DNA of 63,146 bases, filler included, from Octopus bimaculoides (Eukaryota): assembly GCF_001194135.2 (NCBI RefSeq). It is 4 parts of 4 records of this genome, joined end to end, with 100 filler letters (N's around TTAATTAATTAA, not from the genome) between each part and the next. Parts side by side here need not be neighbours in the genome. Positions count along the whole stretch, not along the records: positions 1 to 28,594 come from NC_068990.1; 3 more parts are not named here. One strand, 5' to 3'. Positions 1 through 11,676 of the stretch are shown one piece after another (positions within the stretch are counted from its first letter, which is position 1; each line of letters opens with the position of its first letter). The notes below the pieces were generated by a model, which was given only the letters and a program-made list of their open reading frames with translations, did no database searches and had not been told where the DNA came from. A program made the translations under genes and the position numbers.

Positions 1-50
<50 letters not shown>
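1..50. repeat. (TG)n microsatellite, probably the internal repeat of the adjacent SINE-C copy
   Basis: Perfect TG run followed directly by a SINE-C 3' arm. Confidence 0.95.
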
Positions 51-54
<4 letters not shown>

Positions 55-200
55 AGTCTGTATTTGTCTCTCACCGCCTCTTGATAACCGGTGTTGGTGT
101 GTTTACATCTGTTGGTGTGTTTACAACTGATAGAATAAGCACCAGGCTTAAAATAAAACAAGTACTAGTGTCGATTTATTCGACGGCTGCGGACATGTTT
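55..200 (+). mobile_element. SINE family C, 3' arm
   Basis: ttgataaccggtgttggtgtgtttac...gatagaataagcaccaggctt matches the 3' arms at 46680-46830 and 52735-52890. Confidence 0.75.
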
Positions 201-589
201 TGTTCTAATTAGACTTCCTTAATGATGTATAGCCTTCATCGTATTTGCCAAAGTAATGATGATCGAATTATCGATCTGATGCGTAAAACTGTATTTGCGT
301 AGGTGGAATAAATTTGCATAGTTAGATATATAACCTCGATTTATTTTATATTATGAGAGAAATGGCAAAATGTGTAAAATTATCAAAATAAACTCTCTTT
401 ATCACAAAGAAAATGAATAAATTTTTAATTAATGAATTATTTCAAGATAATTACAAAACGGAATGACCCGGAGTTATTGCAGTTTTTGGTCTTTAATTTA
501 ATTAGTTTGATATATTTTTGTGCATTTTAATATTCCGTGATTCCATTCTACGTATTTGATTGTCGTTTTGAAGTGCAGATAATTGGTGC

Positions 590-810
590 AATAATCTTTT
601 CTAATATAGGCACAAGATCTGAAATTTTGGGGATACGGGGCCAGTCGATTACACCGAGCCCAGTGCTCAAGTGGTATTTACTTCATGACCCCGAAATGAT
701 GAAATGTAATGTCGACTGCGGTAGAATTTGAACCCAGAACATAAAAACGGACGAAATGCTGATAAGGATTGTATCCGACTACTAGCGATTCAGCCACTTC
801 GTCGCCTTAC
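590..810 (-). mobile_element. SINE family A (tRNA-like head)
   Basis: Reverse complement of the consensus gagctggcagaatcgttagc...gttctgagttcaaattccgccgaggtcgac seen many times in the window. Confidence 0.8.
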
Positions 811-1139
811 TCGATACAATGATATAACAGAAAAATTAACCTTTTGTAACAAAGTTCTTCTCCACTAATCCGACCATCAATAAGCCTGTGCTACTTCTAA
901 TTTGAACATAATTTCTGGTTTGCTGTACCGACCTGTCGCTGCGGTTTTGGCAGCATTGGTTTTTGCCTCATCGTTTGGCGCGAACTCGTAAACACAAATA
1001 AGCCATTCCTACTTTTTTCTCTGTATTTTAGTTTTATTATAACCTGCTCACTCTCAGCCCTAGCTATGTTTTCAATACATCAAGGAATCATTTCTCGTGG
1101 TGTAAAGCTGAAACTCCATGCGTTGTCCATAATAGATAA

Positions 1140-2450
1140 CATTGAATTTGCGAAAAAAAAAAAATTCGGCAGTATTGAATTTGTAAGAAGCTTATGTGAA
1201 TTATGCAACATTAATGCTTTGACAGTATATGACATAAAGGAATAAAGAGAAACATTAATCCAGTTTTCGCTAGCAGTAAATCAAAGGAAAAGTTGTGCAT
1301 AAGGAAAATAGTGTAAGAAATTGTGGAACACGATGAAGTAATGATAATGTAGCTTAAGCCCCGCTTAAGTGAAAGTGCTGAGTTGCCTGGAGATCTGAAT
1401 GAACAATCTAAAATTGTTCAAGTAGAACTAGGACTAGAATAAATGTATGGTTAGACTGAAGGTAGGTTTCATTGTTTCAGGCAATGACTTGATCAAAATA
1501 TTATATATTGTGTGACTAAAAGTGTTGAGTATCAAGGAAACAACTGCTTCGTTTCTTGTAGAGTTAGCTAAGTTAATTCTCCAGGAAAAAATCTTTCAAC
1601 AGATCTATGATGCCTGTAGGATTATCTCGTAATGGAAATCGTCTCATAAATGAACTCTGAAAATTGAGGATGAAGAATCACAAACACGATATAAGCATAA
1701 AAAGATAATGTAATTGTGCTGCTGTTGGAACCCATAAAAGTTTAAGGTGCTGGTCATCAGCCGAAATTTATATCCCAGGCCCTTCAATCGTATGACCCAG
1801 TTTTTAGCGTCACAAAGGAGTGGATTGCAGCAAACATCACTGTGTAATGGCTTGAAACATATTTTGTTCCTGAAGCAAGAGGTCAGTGTAACACTCTTAA
1901 AATATATTACGGGAATAAGATAATACATATTTTTGCCAACTGCTCCACACATCCGAAAGTACTTCTAGCAAAAAATAATCTTGTCAGTATCGACCTTCCG
2001 CATTATTATACGGCATTTATTCAACATCTGTTCAATGGCATATTAAATCTAAGTATTAATTGTGTTTATGAGGCACATACAGGGTGCAGTTACTTATGAC
2101 AGACAAGCACACGAGTTTCTTCTAGAATCTAATGAGAGCGATATATTGTGTTACCAATGTTTGAAAGTCTTTTGAGGCGGCTGTATAGAAAATATATGAC
2201 ATAAATTGTAGCTACATTTTCCGTTTGAACCTGCACCAGAAAATCAATGCAAATGAAAAGCAGATTATGCACTCCACTCGCTGCCGTCTTTCACTCATGA
2301 TCTAACTAATCCTGATGCATAAGATCTTACATCGAGGATGGATGATGACAATGTTACAGAATGGAGGGATGTAGCCATTATTCTGACTTAGAAATTGTAG
2401 TTATACGTATGCTTAATCAGATCTCACCTGATTTTAATCAATCAAAACAG
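1140..2450 (+). mobile_element. Decayed Tigger/pogo (Jerky-like) transposase
   Basis: Fragmented translation gives HTH-psq-like TVYDIKE, CENP-B-like EHDEVM...ELPGDL...QVELGL, and DDE_1-like WLETYFVPEARGQC...IFANCSTHP; many stops and frameshifts; no convincing TIR pair. Confidence 0.8.
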
Positions 2451-2784
2451 CAACAGTTGTACTGGATCACACCGACTTTGTTCTTCCTTTCAAAAATTGG
2501 TTTTGTTTCATGTTGAAAAAAAAAAAAATAATAATCAGCAAGTATTTTCTGAGAGGAAAAGTAGTGAACTTATGGAAAATCAAGACTGCAATGCAGTTTC
2601 AATTCTAGTTAAAAGACATTTCTCATTAACTTTCTTTCATTTCTGTCTCTTTCAAGGAGCAACTGCTCTCAACTTGTTAAAAAAAAAAAAAGAATCAAGA
2701 ACGAAACAAAATAATTTTTAGTGATATTCCTACAGTCTACTATAGATTCTATAGTACATTGTAGCATTATCAAGCTGCAGAGTC

Positions 2785-2822
2785 TAGTCTCCTCCCTCAA
2801 AATTTCAGGCCTCGTGCTTATA
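2785..2822 (+). mobile_element. SINE-A 3' tail split by the transposon at 2823-3737 (resumes 3738-3755)
   Basis: aaaatttcaggcctcgtgcttaTA ... TAgtagaaagaatt rejoins to the SINE-A tail consensus gtgcctatagtagaaag. Confidence 0.75.
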
Positions 2823-3737
2823 CAAAGTGGGACAGAGAGGACGGACGTTTTTGAAATGGCTGTTACTCAGCCCCAGTGTTAGGGACATATGTCTGACAGG
2901 TACCATTCAGTCAGTGGTGTCATAGTATTCTTTTGTCTTTTCAAGTGAAGCTATGGCGCTGTGGACGATAGAGCATTGCATGTTTGCCTACGACAGTTAC
3001 GTGAAGAATAACGAGTCTGTCACAGCAGTTCAGCGTGAATTTTGGCGCCACTGAAATCAGGCTGTTCCCACCCGTAACACAATCTTACGTTGGGTGAATG
3101 CACTTCGTAAACGAGGCACACCAACGAATAGGAGACTGGTGGAGGCGCCACGAACGGTACGGACCCCCGAAAATGTGGAATGTGTCAGACAAGCATTAAT
3201 ACAGAGTCCAAATCGTTCTGCTCGGAGGCATTCCACTGAACATGGCATCGGTAATCAATCGGTAAGACATATTTTTCATGAAGACTTGCATTTCCACCCG
3301 TACAAATTGGTCATTGGGCAACAGTTTAAACCATGGGACTATCCATAGCGGCTTAACTTCGCTTCATTTCCATGTTTGCTGACATTCCTTGGCCCCCTTA
3401 TTTCTCTGATTTGTCCATGTGATTATTTCTTGAGAGGAGACCTCAAAGCACGTATGTATGCGCACAAGCCCATTGGGTAATTTGACAGAAGCTATTCGCG
3501 TGGAAGCCGCCCAAATTGACAGAGCAATGCTGGAGAGAGTGGAGGCCAACTTCCAAGAGCGCCTTCAGAAATTCATCAATGAAAACAGACACAAGATGAT
3601 GGATGTTATTTTCCACGCTTGATTTTGACAAATTCTAATTCAAGACAAACACCTTGATGTCAACAAAATTTGTTTGCAGTTAAAATTAATGATTTTGTGA
3701 TTTTTTCAAAAACGTCTATTCTCTGTGCTCCACCCTG
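2823..3737 (+). mobile_element. Internally deleted Tc1/mariner element (maT/DD37D-like N-terminus)
   Basis: Imperfect TIRs caaagtgggacagagaggacggacgtttttgaaa / tttcaaaaacgtctattctctgtgctccaccctg with TA at both ends; remnant ORF 2953-3622 MALWTIEHCMFAYDSYVKNNESVTAVQREF...RTVRTPENVE...FHPYKL, then jumps to WPPYFSDLS; the catalytic core is deleted so D-spacing cannot be read. Confidence 0.85.
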
Positions 3738-3849
3738 TAGTAGAAAGAATTATTATAATGTATTATAAAACATATCCATAGATTTGACAGACAATGCATA
3801 AAGCATTCAATTTATACTATACGCTCATGGACAGAAAAAAGAAGGAACC

Positions 3850-4197
3850 AATGTATGCACATTTCGAAAGGATGAAAGACAAAGTCGGCCACAGCGGAAT
3901 TAGAAATCAGAACGGAAAACCGGAAGAAACGCCGCTAAGCATTTTACAGGTGCAGTAACATTTCTCCTCGCTCATTATAGTAATGGTTTCAAATTTTGGC
4001 ACAAGGCCATCGATTTAGCGGTAGGGGCTAGTATATTAAATCGACCCCAGTGCGAAACTGGTACTTACTTTATCGACCCCGAAAGGATGAAAGATAAAGT
4101 TGACCTCGGCGGCATTTGAACTCAGAACGTAAAGACGGACGAAATACCGCTAAGTATTTTCCGGCGTGCTAATGATTGCGCCAGCTCACCTCCTTAT
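3850..4197 (-). mobile_element. Two tandem SINE-A copies (partial 3850-3975, near-full 3985-4197)
   Basis: Repeated gaaaggatgaaag(a/g)caaagt...gacctcggcggcatttgaactcagaacg. Confidence 0.85.
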
Positions 4198-4267
4198 AAT
4201 TCATTATAATAATGAAATTGAATATTGTGCTAATATAATAATAATCTAATATTTAGGGTCACTAGTG

Positions 4268-4595
4268 AAGGCGCATGGCTCAGTGGTTAGAGCGCCGAGC
4301 TTACGACCGTGAGGTTGTGAGTTCGAATCCCAGACCGGGCTGCATGTTGTGTTCTTGAGCAAGACACTTTATTTCACATTGCTCCAGTTCACTCAGCTGT
4401 AGAAATGAGTTGCGACGTCACAGGTGCCAAGCTGTATCGGCCCCTTTGCCTTTCTCTTGGATAACATCGGTGGCATGGAGAGAGGAGGCTGATATGCATG
4501 GGTGACTGCTGGTCTTCCATAAACAACCTTGCCCGGACTTGTGCCTTGGATGGTAACTTTCTAGGTGCAATCCTATGGTCATTCGTGACCGAAGG
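4268..4595 (+). mobile_element. SINE family B: tRNA-like head plus CORE-like central domain
   Basis: A-box tggctcagtggttagagc, B-box gagttcgaatccc, then gtgttcttgagcaagacactttatttcacattgctccagttcactcagctgtagaaatgag resembling the MIR CORE domain. Confidence 0.8.
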
Positions 4596-4604
4596 GTGTC
4601 TCCG

Positions 4605-4768
4605 CAAGGTTCACTACGTTCTGAGTTCAAATTCCGCCAAGGTCAACTTTGCCAGTCATCCATTTTCGGGATCGATAATTTAAGTACCAGTAGCGTACTG
4701 GGGTCGGTCTAATCAACTAGCCCCCTCCCCCAAAATTTCGGGCCTTGTGCCTAGAGTAGAAATGAATA
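4605..4768 (+). mobile_element. SINE-A, 5'-truncated
   Basis: cgttctgagttcaaattccgccaaggtc...aaaatttcgggccttgtgcctagagtagaaa. Confidence 0.85.
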
Positions 4769-4964
4769 TTTAGGTTCACCTTTCATATTTCTGGGTTCAA
4801 AACCAAGCGAAGTTTGACTGTGTTGTTTACATTTCTTATTTTTAACGAATTTAATATCAGCAAGATAGTGTCATCCAGACAATTGGCTGTAACATTTCAT
4901 GCCTTTCCAGAAAGGGCCCGATATCTAAACTCATCAGCAACGTGTATCATAGAACAATAACTAA

Positions 4965-5698
4965 ACCCCACTTAAACAAACTTTACTGCAGCAGATACCA
5001 CGAGAGAAGCCCTCAGATAGGCTTTTGGTGCAAAATGCACGCTTGTTTATATCGCTAGTGGGGAAGATTAATCCCCACCAACTCCAGCGTCGAGACCACC
5101 AGATCACGTGATTTCGACCTTCTCTTCGATGATGCACACTCGACCACAAGAGATAACGGTGACTTATCTCTCCACCAGCGATATATAGAAAACCAGTGCC
5201 AGAACAAGCACTGGTGTCTCGGTTAGCCAATGATCTTGTTAAAAATATATAGATTAGTGACAGAGGCAGAATTGGTAGCGAGAGGGGATATTTAACCCCG
5301 CTTAAACGTAGATGTTCTGTTAGAAGAAACTTTACTGCAGCGAATACCGTGAGAGAGACTCTCATATTGGCTTTTGGTGTAAAAATCCCCTCCACCTCCA
5401 GCGCCGAGGCTACCATATCAGGTGATTTTAATCTTCTTTGATCTAGTCAATGATGGACGCTCGACCGCTAGAGATAGCAGCGATTCATCTCTCCGCCAGC
5501 GACATATGGAAAATCAGTGTCCGAGCAGGCACTGGTGTCTCGATTAGCCAGCGAACTTATTGAAAAATATCTATTAGCAATAGAGGAAGTATTGATATCG
5601 TGAAATAATATTTAACCTCACTTAAACGTGGATGTTCTGTTACAACAAACTTCACTGCTGTATATGCCATTGTAGAAACTCCCATTTCGGCTTTTGAA
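4965..5698. repeat. Diverged tandem repeat, ~320-330-bp unit, ~2.3 copies
   Basis: Anchor cttaaac at 4971, 5301 and 5621; shared aaactt(t/c)actgc, ggcttttg, gcactggtgtctcg. Confidence 0.85.
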
Positions 5699-6224
5699 CA
5701 ATAAGTAAGCTCTTGGTAAGTTGAGCCTGCAAAGATCAGTGGAAGCCATTTTAAATCTAGTGGTGCACTACTAATCTAATGACCTTGGAGGCATTTTGAA
5801 CATCATTACTTATTCTTTCCCAATGTAAAGTACAAACTAACAAAATAAATAAATAATAAAGCGAAAATCTTGTCAAGTTGATGGATTTGAATAAGACAGA
5901 CGATCATCGAATCGAAATGCAGTTCAGAGTTGGATTATAGCTTTCAGTTTACTGTTCTTTCATGTTTGCCATTGCATTAGGCTGAGTGTGAGATTCTCTT
6001 TATGCAGTAAAGGTTGTAAATCGTTAATTAATTAATGAGTTACAATCTTGCCAAGCTCGACTTTATAATTTCCTCTATACAATGATTTACCACTAAATCA
6101 ATAATATGGAAACACCTAAACTATTTGCAAAATGAATAAATTAATTAATCGTACGGAAAAATATGTAAATCCGCATGTGAGTGTCATAGAGTAAAAAAAG
6201 TAATCTTAGAGGTTATATCTTCCG

Positions 6225-6300
6225 GCTCATTACGTTCTGTGTTCAAATTCTGTCGAGGTCAGCTTCACCGTTCATCCTTCCAGGGTCGGCAAAATAAAGT
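6225..6300 (+). mobile_element. SINE-A fragment
   Basis: ttacgttctgtgttcaaattctgtcgaggtcagcttcaccgttcatcc. Confidence 0.7.
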
Positions 6301-6319
6301 ATAAAATATCTTTTCCAGT

Positions 6320-6435
6320 GCATAGGATCATATTGATTGTTTAACACGTCCTTCTTTTATTAATACAATAATGTGTGATATATGGTGACTTTGGCTGCAA
6401 TTTTCAGCAGGTCAAGTAATCGAGTAGAGGCTCTT
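6320..6435 (+). repeat. Unclassified short dispersed repeat (family F)
   Basis: Core (g)atttggctgctatttctagcagg; similar copies at about 31485-31560, 35505-35560 (-), 38965-39060 (-), 40490-40600 and 40735-40800. Confidence 0.6.
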
Positions 6436-6704
6436 TCGATGGATCGACAAGAAGTCATTGTGACGAAGACATTTATGGTTCACTAGAAACTCCACTCTAA
6501 TTACGGAGAGTGATTTTAATGTCGTTGAGACCCTCTAATTTAATTGTATGAAACACTGCATTACTCTCTCCAATTTTCTGTGTTCTTATACAATAAAAAC
6601 CGATACAAGGAAGATCATTATGTGATCGGTCTTTGTAATGTGATTGCTGTGGATTCTGTTTATTTCTTTTCCATTTATTTCTTTCCCATCAATTTCTCTT
6701 TACG

Positions 6705-6805
6705 CAGCAGCAGAAGCGGCAGCAGCAACAACAACTACAACAAGAACAATAGCAAAAATGCTACAATTACAGAGGCACCAGCAACAACAACAACAACAGC
6801 AAAAA
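6705..6805. repeat. (CAG)n/(CAA)n compound microsatellite
   Basis: Direct reading. Confidence 0.85.
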
Positions 6806-7104
6806 TACCACAACTAAATTTTTACTAATTTGACGCCATATTTGCAGATTTGTTCCAATATGGAAAATTATAATTTCTGTGACCAAAGGCGGGAGAAAGG
6901 TGGATTGGCTGAGCTTTAAGTGTGTCGGAGTAAAAGATTTGCGGTATTTAGTTTCGGCTTTCAATTCACCTTTTCCTAAGTCCCGACTTCAATTCATGCT
7001 GAAGCAAAAGGTACACACACACACAAATTACTCGGCGTGGAGTCTCCCCAGATCGAACCACTGCTTCTCCGCATTGAGCGGCAATAGTTCTAGTGCTAAA
7101 GACG

Positions 7105-7235
7105 TATAATGAGAATGTCACAGGAAAGAATCACAAGACGGATTCTTCAAGCCGGGCCGACCAAAGCATAAACGCACACGAAGTAATTCGAAATTCATTC
7201 GTCGACCTAATGATTTCGCCAAAATATCCCCTTTT
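7105..7235 (+). mobile_element. RTE-type LINE C-terminal fragment
   Basis: RMSQERITRRILQAGPT resembles the RTE C-terminal RM..ERL.R..L.A.P.GKR motif; stops follow. Confidence 0.5.
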
Positions 7236-7372
7236 AATCCTCTTATTATAATAACGATAATGATTTCATTACTTAGAAAAGGCCTCAAATTCGAGGTTAG
7301 GGTTTTTCGATTGAATTGAACCCAGTATTTGACGGTTAATTTATTTTTTCGACCCCAAGACTGAGGAAGTTC

Positions 7373-7570
7373 CGCTGGGCTGGACACGCCGCAATGTTCA
7401 CAGATAACAGGTGGGCCAGTAAAGTTGCTGAGGTGAACCCTAGAAATCGGAAAAGGCCACATAGAAGGCATCCACAGCGATGGGAAGACTATTTAGTCAA
7501 GCAATTTGGCTTAAGATGGAAAAGAATGAAGTAATGAAGACAGAATTGGAAGCGCATTGTGACAGGCAGT
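7373..7570 (+). mobile_element. RTE LINE C-terminal fragment
   Basis: RWAGHAAMFTDNRWASKVAEVNPRNRKRPHRRHPQRWED. Confidence 0.85.
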
Positions 7571-8574
7571 GTGTAACACAATCCGATGGTCTGGTCGATA
7601 CTGTGATTTTGCGAACATAAATTTAGTTTGGTCTCGTTAATGAAATACGAAGAAGATACATTCGATAATGCATTTGAAGTATTTTACTGTAACGTGTAAA
7701 ATCGTTAAACGGAATGAGGAATAAGTATAGTCATGGTTAAAAACTTTTCGTCACAATCACGTTGCTCCAGGTTCAATTCTACAGTATAGTACTTTGGGCA
7801 TGTTTTTTTTTTATTATAGCCTCAGGTCAGTGCAAGACTTGGATGGGAAATTCAGTTTTGGGAAAAATGAGTGAAAGCCCATTGAATTGGCTACCCGTGT
7901 CCTTGGGTGGCAAATATAATCAATTCATCGGTTCGGCACCCTCACATGATCCTTGGATGTCTTTAGCGGAGACAATTCTGTTGCAAGCGTTCCGCCCAAT
8001 CACTCCAGCCGGGGATAATTCGATATTAGGATACACAGCTTCGTATTTAAAAAAAAAAAAAAAAACTTTAAGCTCTCCAGTCTTGGAGAGCCACAAAACG
8101 GCTACAGACGCTGCTGTTCTTCCTAGTAATATAGTCATGGGATTAAAAATAAATAAAAAATCTGAAAAATGAAAGAAATAAAGCTCGTTAGCTTTGACAG
8201 AGACAAACGCCATTTTGATAAGCGTTCTAACATTTCTGACAACTCGCTGTCAGATTCGTTAAAGATAAATTAAGATTTAATGAATATAGAGAATTCAATG
8301 ATGTTCTTCTGTAACTGAATATTCATATTCAATGCATAAAATTGGATACCAATGTGAATAAAATCTTGGTCTTGTTTTTTATACATCTGCATAAACGTGC
8401 ATATATACGCATCAACAAGTATAATACGCGCGTATATACTAGCATATATACGCATAAACAAGTATTAATACACACAAACAAGCATATGTACGCATAAAAA
8501 AGACTATACATATACATAAACAATCATATATATGCATAAAGAAGCATACTATATATACGCACACTGAGACCGAA

Positions 8575-8870
8575 TACACAGAGCTTCTTCCTACTAAATT
8601 CTCAGTGAACTGGTTAACCCGAGACTATAGAAAGCAGTTGTGCACATTAGGATCGAAATCCAAACCGCATGCTTTAACGAAAGATTCTAAATCCCAAAGC
8701 AATGACTGTGGTCATACTGGGGCCACCGTTTTGAATGATTTGCTTAAACCAATCGATCCCGTACTTAGTTTTTAAGTCACATACTTACTATATCGGTTCC
8801 TTTTGATGAGCTGATCGGTTATACCGATTTTCAATCAAGGGTGGAGAGAAAAGACATACCTACACACACA
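8575..8870 (-). mobile_element. Degenerate SINE-C arms (5' arm of one copy, 3' arm of the next)
   Basis: gagcttcttcctactaaattc...gagactatagaa, then tgactgtggtcatactggggccacc...tactatatcggttcc, ending in a CA repeat. Confidence 0.6.
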
Positions 8871-9004
8871 CACACTCACCTGTAAATGTTAAAAGCCATT
8901 TCCGAGTCATATAGAGTCACAAGACCGTTCTCCTCGTTTTTGTGACGTATATATACGACCCCCTACACCACTGCATTATCCCAGACGGGACACTGGTTTG
9001 TTAC

Positions 9005-9148
9005 TGGATTACTTATTTATGCCAGATGAATGGACTGGACCAGAGTGAAATGAAGTGTTTTGCTCAAGAACGCAATGCGTCACCGAGCCTAGGAATCGAT
9101 ACCATAATCTTACGATGATGAGTCCGACACCTTAACCACTTAGCCACG
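9005..9148 (-). mobile_element. SINE-B 5' half
   Basis: gtgttttgctcaagaacgcaa...ccttaaccacttagccacg is the reverse of the B head and CORE start. Confidence 0.75.
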
Positions 9149-9370
9149 GGGGAGCGGGGTGAAAAGTTCTTGACATTGGGTGAAAGAATGTACAAGAGGA
9201 TCAGCTAATGATGATTTTATTCAAGATATTCCCCTCTCAGATTCACACGCTAACTGCAACGGTCCTTCAGTTTTTCTAAGCCCTGTAAAAGAACTCAGAA
9301 GGTTGGGCCTCCAACCAGGCCTTTCGCGACGCCCTCAAAGCCAACAACTTTTCAGCATCAGCATCCTGCA
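9147..9370. mobile_element. Mariner-type MITE, copy 1
   Basis: Ends cgggggagcggggtgaaaagttcttgacat / aaagccaacaacttttcagcat; body aligns to 29989-30205. Confidence 0.7.
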
Positions 9371-9391
9371 TGTATATATATATATATATAT

Positions 9392-10376
9392 NNNNNNNNN
9401 NNNNNNNNNNNNNNNNNNNNNNNNNNNNNNNNNNNNNNNNNNNNNNNNNNNNNNNNNNNNNNNNNNNNNNNNNNNNNNNNNNNNNNNNNNNNNNNNNNNN
9501 NNNNNNNNNNNNNNNNNNNNNNNNNNNNNNNNNNNNNNNNNNNNNNNNNNNNNNNNNNNNNNNNNNNNNNNNNNNNNNNNNNNNNNNNNNNNNNNNNNNN
9601 NNNNNNNNNNNNNNNNNNNNNNNNNNNNNNNNNNNNNNNNNNNNNNNNNNNNNNNNNNNNNNNNNNNNNNNNNNNNNNNNNNNNNNNNNNNNNNNNNNNN
9701 NNNNNNNNNNNNNNNNNNNNNNNNNNNNNNNNNNNNNNNNNNNNNNNNNNNNNNNNNNNNNNNNNNNNNNNNNNNNNNNNNNNNNNNNNNNNNNNNNNNN
9801 NNNNNNNNNNNNNNNNNNNNNNNNNNNNNNNNNNNNNNNNNNNNNNNNNNNNNNNNNNNNNNNNNNNNNNNNNNNNNNNNNNNNNNNNNNNNNNNNNNNN
9901 NNNNNNNNNNNNNNNNNNNNNNNNNNNNNNNNNNNNNNNNNNNNNNNNNNNNNNNNNNNNNNNNNNNNNNNNNNNNNNNNNNNNNNNNNNNNNNNNNNNN
10001 NNNNNNNNNNNNNNNNNNNNNNNNNNNNNNNNNNNNNNNNNNNNNNNNNNNNNNNNNNNNNNNNNNNNNNNNNNNNNNNNNNNNNNNNNNNNNNNNNNNN
10101 NNNNNNNNNNNNNNNNNNNNNNNNNNNNNNNNNNNNNNNNNNNNNNNNNNNNNNNNNNNNNNNNNNNNNNNNNNNNNNNNNNNNNNNNNNNNNNNNNNNN
10201 NNNNNNNNNNNNNNNNNNNNNNNNNNNNNNNNNNNNNNNNNNNNNNNNNNNNNNNNNNNNNNNNNNNNNNNNNNNNNNNNNNNNNNNNNNNNNNNNNNNN
10301 NNNNNNNNNNNNNNNNNNNNNNNNNNNNNNNNNNNNNNNNNNNNNNNNNNNNNNNNNNNNNNNNNNNNNNNNNNNN
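9392..10376. other. Assembly gap (N-run). Other large gaps: 20272-21120, 46069-46443, 47814-48304, 51972-52530, 54192-54416, 57646-58063
   Basis: N characters, most flanked by dinucleotide repeats. Confidence 1.
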
Positions 10377-10411
<35 letters not shown>

Positions 10412-10597
10412 ATGAGTGTCTATGTATACACACACACACGCACACACATATAGGATATATATTGTATACTATTAACATGTAAGTGTATATGTATGCGCAT
10501 ACATATGTATAGAAATGTTTCTTACACATGTAAACCCGTTAACGGATAAATAGGTAGACAGACACATATATGTACATATATATCTCATAGATAAAAG

Positions 10598-11066
10598 AAT
10601 GAAGAACAAAGTCGGTATTGCAGTTCGTTTAAAATAAATGCTGCATCCAGTTGTGATGTATGGATGCGAAAACTGGACAATTAACAAAGATGATGGAAGG
10701 AAAATTGATGTATTCAAAATGAAGTACTGGAGAAGATTATAGAGAATAACATGGACGGATAAAATAACAGATCAATAATGCAGCAAATGAAACTAGAGAG
10801 TGCTCTGGAAGCATTGATTGTCCAAGAAAGATTAAACTTCTTTGGTTACGTTATAAGGGCAGATGGCATGAATGGGAGAATTATGTGAATGAAAACTAGA
10901 AGTTGAAGTAGAGAGAGAGAGAGAACAAATGGCGACCGTGCACAAGGTTTGTAGATGGAATAAAGAAGGCTAGTAGGGTGGCATACTGAATTCACTCGAG
11001 ACACATGTGATGAACAAGCAGGACTGAAGACGGTGAATATCTATGATCATCAAAGGGCGAGCACAA
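10598..11066 (+). mobile_element. RTE (BovB-like) LINE 3' fragment
   Basis: HPVVMYGCENWTINKDDGRKIDVFKMKYWRRL*RITWTDKIT...QERLNFFGYVIRADG; frameshifted. Confidence 0.85.
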
Positions 11067-11199
11067 CTTGCGGGCTCCTCATAAGCGACATAATTACTTA
11101 CGTGGGTATTTGCAACCATACATAGATACAGGCGTAGACAGATGCGATGCGATGCAATGCAATTTCAGTCTTTTTTGTTTTTTTATTCTTTACCTTTTA

Positions 11200-11444
11200 C
11201 TTGTTTTAATCAGTGTACTGCGTCCATGCTGGGGCACTACTCCGAAGGGTTTTAAGTCGAATGAATCGACACTAGTACTTATTTTCTTTTTTCTAAGACT
11301 GGTACTTATTCTGTCGGTTTCTTTTACCGAACTGCTAAGTTACGGGGACGTAGGCAGACCAAAACCGGTTTTCAAGCGGTATTTGTAAGACAAACGCAAA
11401 CACAGACACACGCACCGGTAGAAGGTTAGTTTGATAGATAGACT

Positions 11445-11510
<66 letters not shown>

Positions 11511-11581
11511 TAGATAGATAGATAGATAGATTAGATAGATAGATTAGATAGATAGATAGATAGATAGATAGATGGATAGAC

Positions 11582-11612
<31 letters not shown>

Positions 11613-11628
11613 GATAGATAGATAGACT

Positions 11629-11676
<48 letters not shown>

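Noticed and set aside
4268-4345. tRNA gene-like sequence with A and B boxes
   Set aside because: It is the head of a multi-copy SINE; there is no proper acceptor stem and it continues into a CORE-like body.
4961-5416. 151-aa minus-strand ORF
   Set aside because: Lies in the tandem array, is not preserved in the other units and has no recognisable motif.
4965-5698. CRISPR-like array
   Set aside because: Whole ~330-bp units are homologous; there are no short repeats with unique spacers, no cas genes, and the context is eukaryotic.
7762-8213. Overlapping 136-aa (+) and 97-aa (-) ORFs
   Set aside because: Both cross an A-run and show no recognisable domain in any frame I read.
9180-10529. Long ORFs of 300-417 aa, and similar ones at 20026-21287, 45867-46548, 47682-48494, 51922-52869, 57493-58218
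   Set aside because: They are open only because they run through N-gaps.
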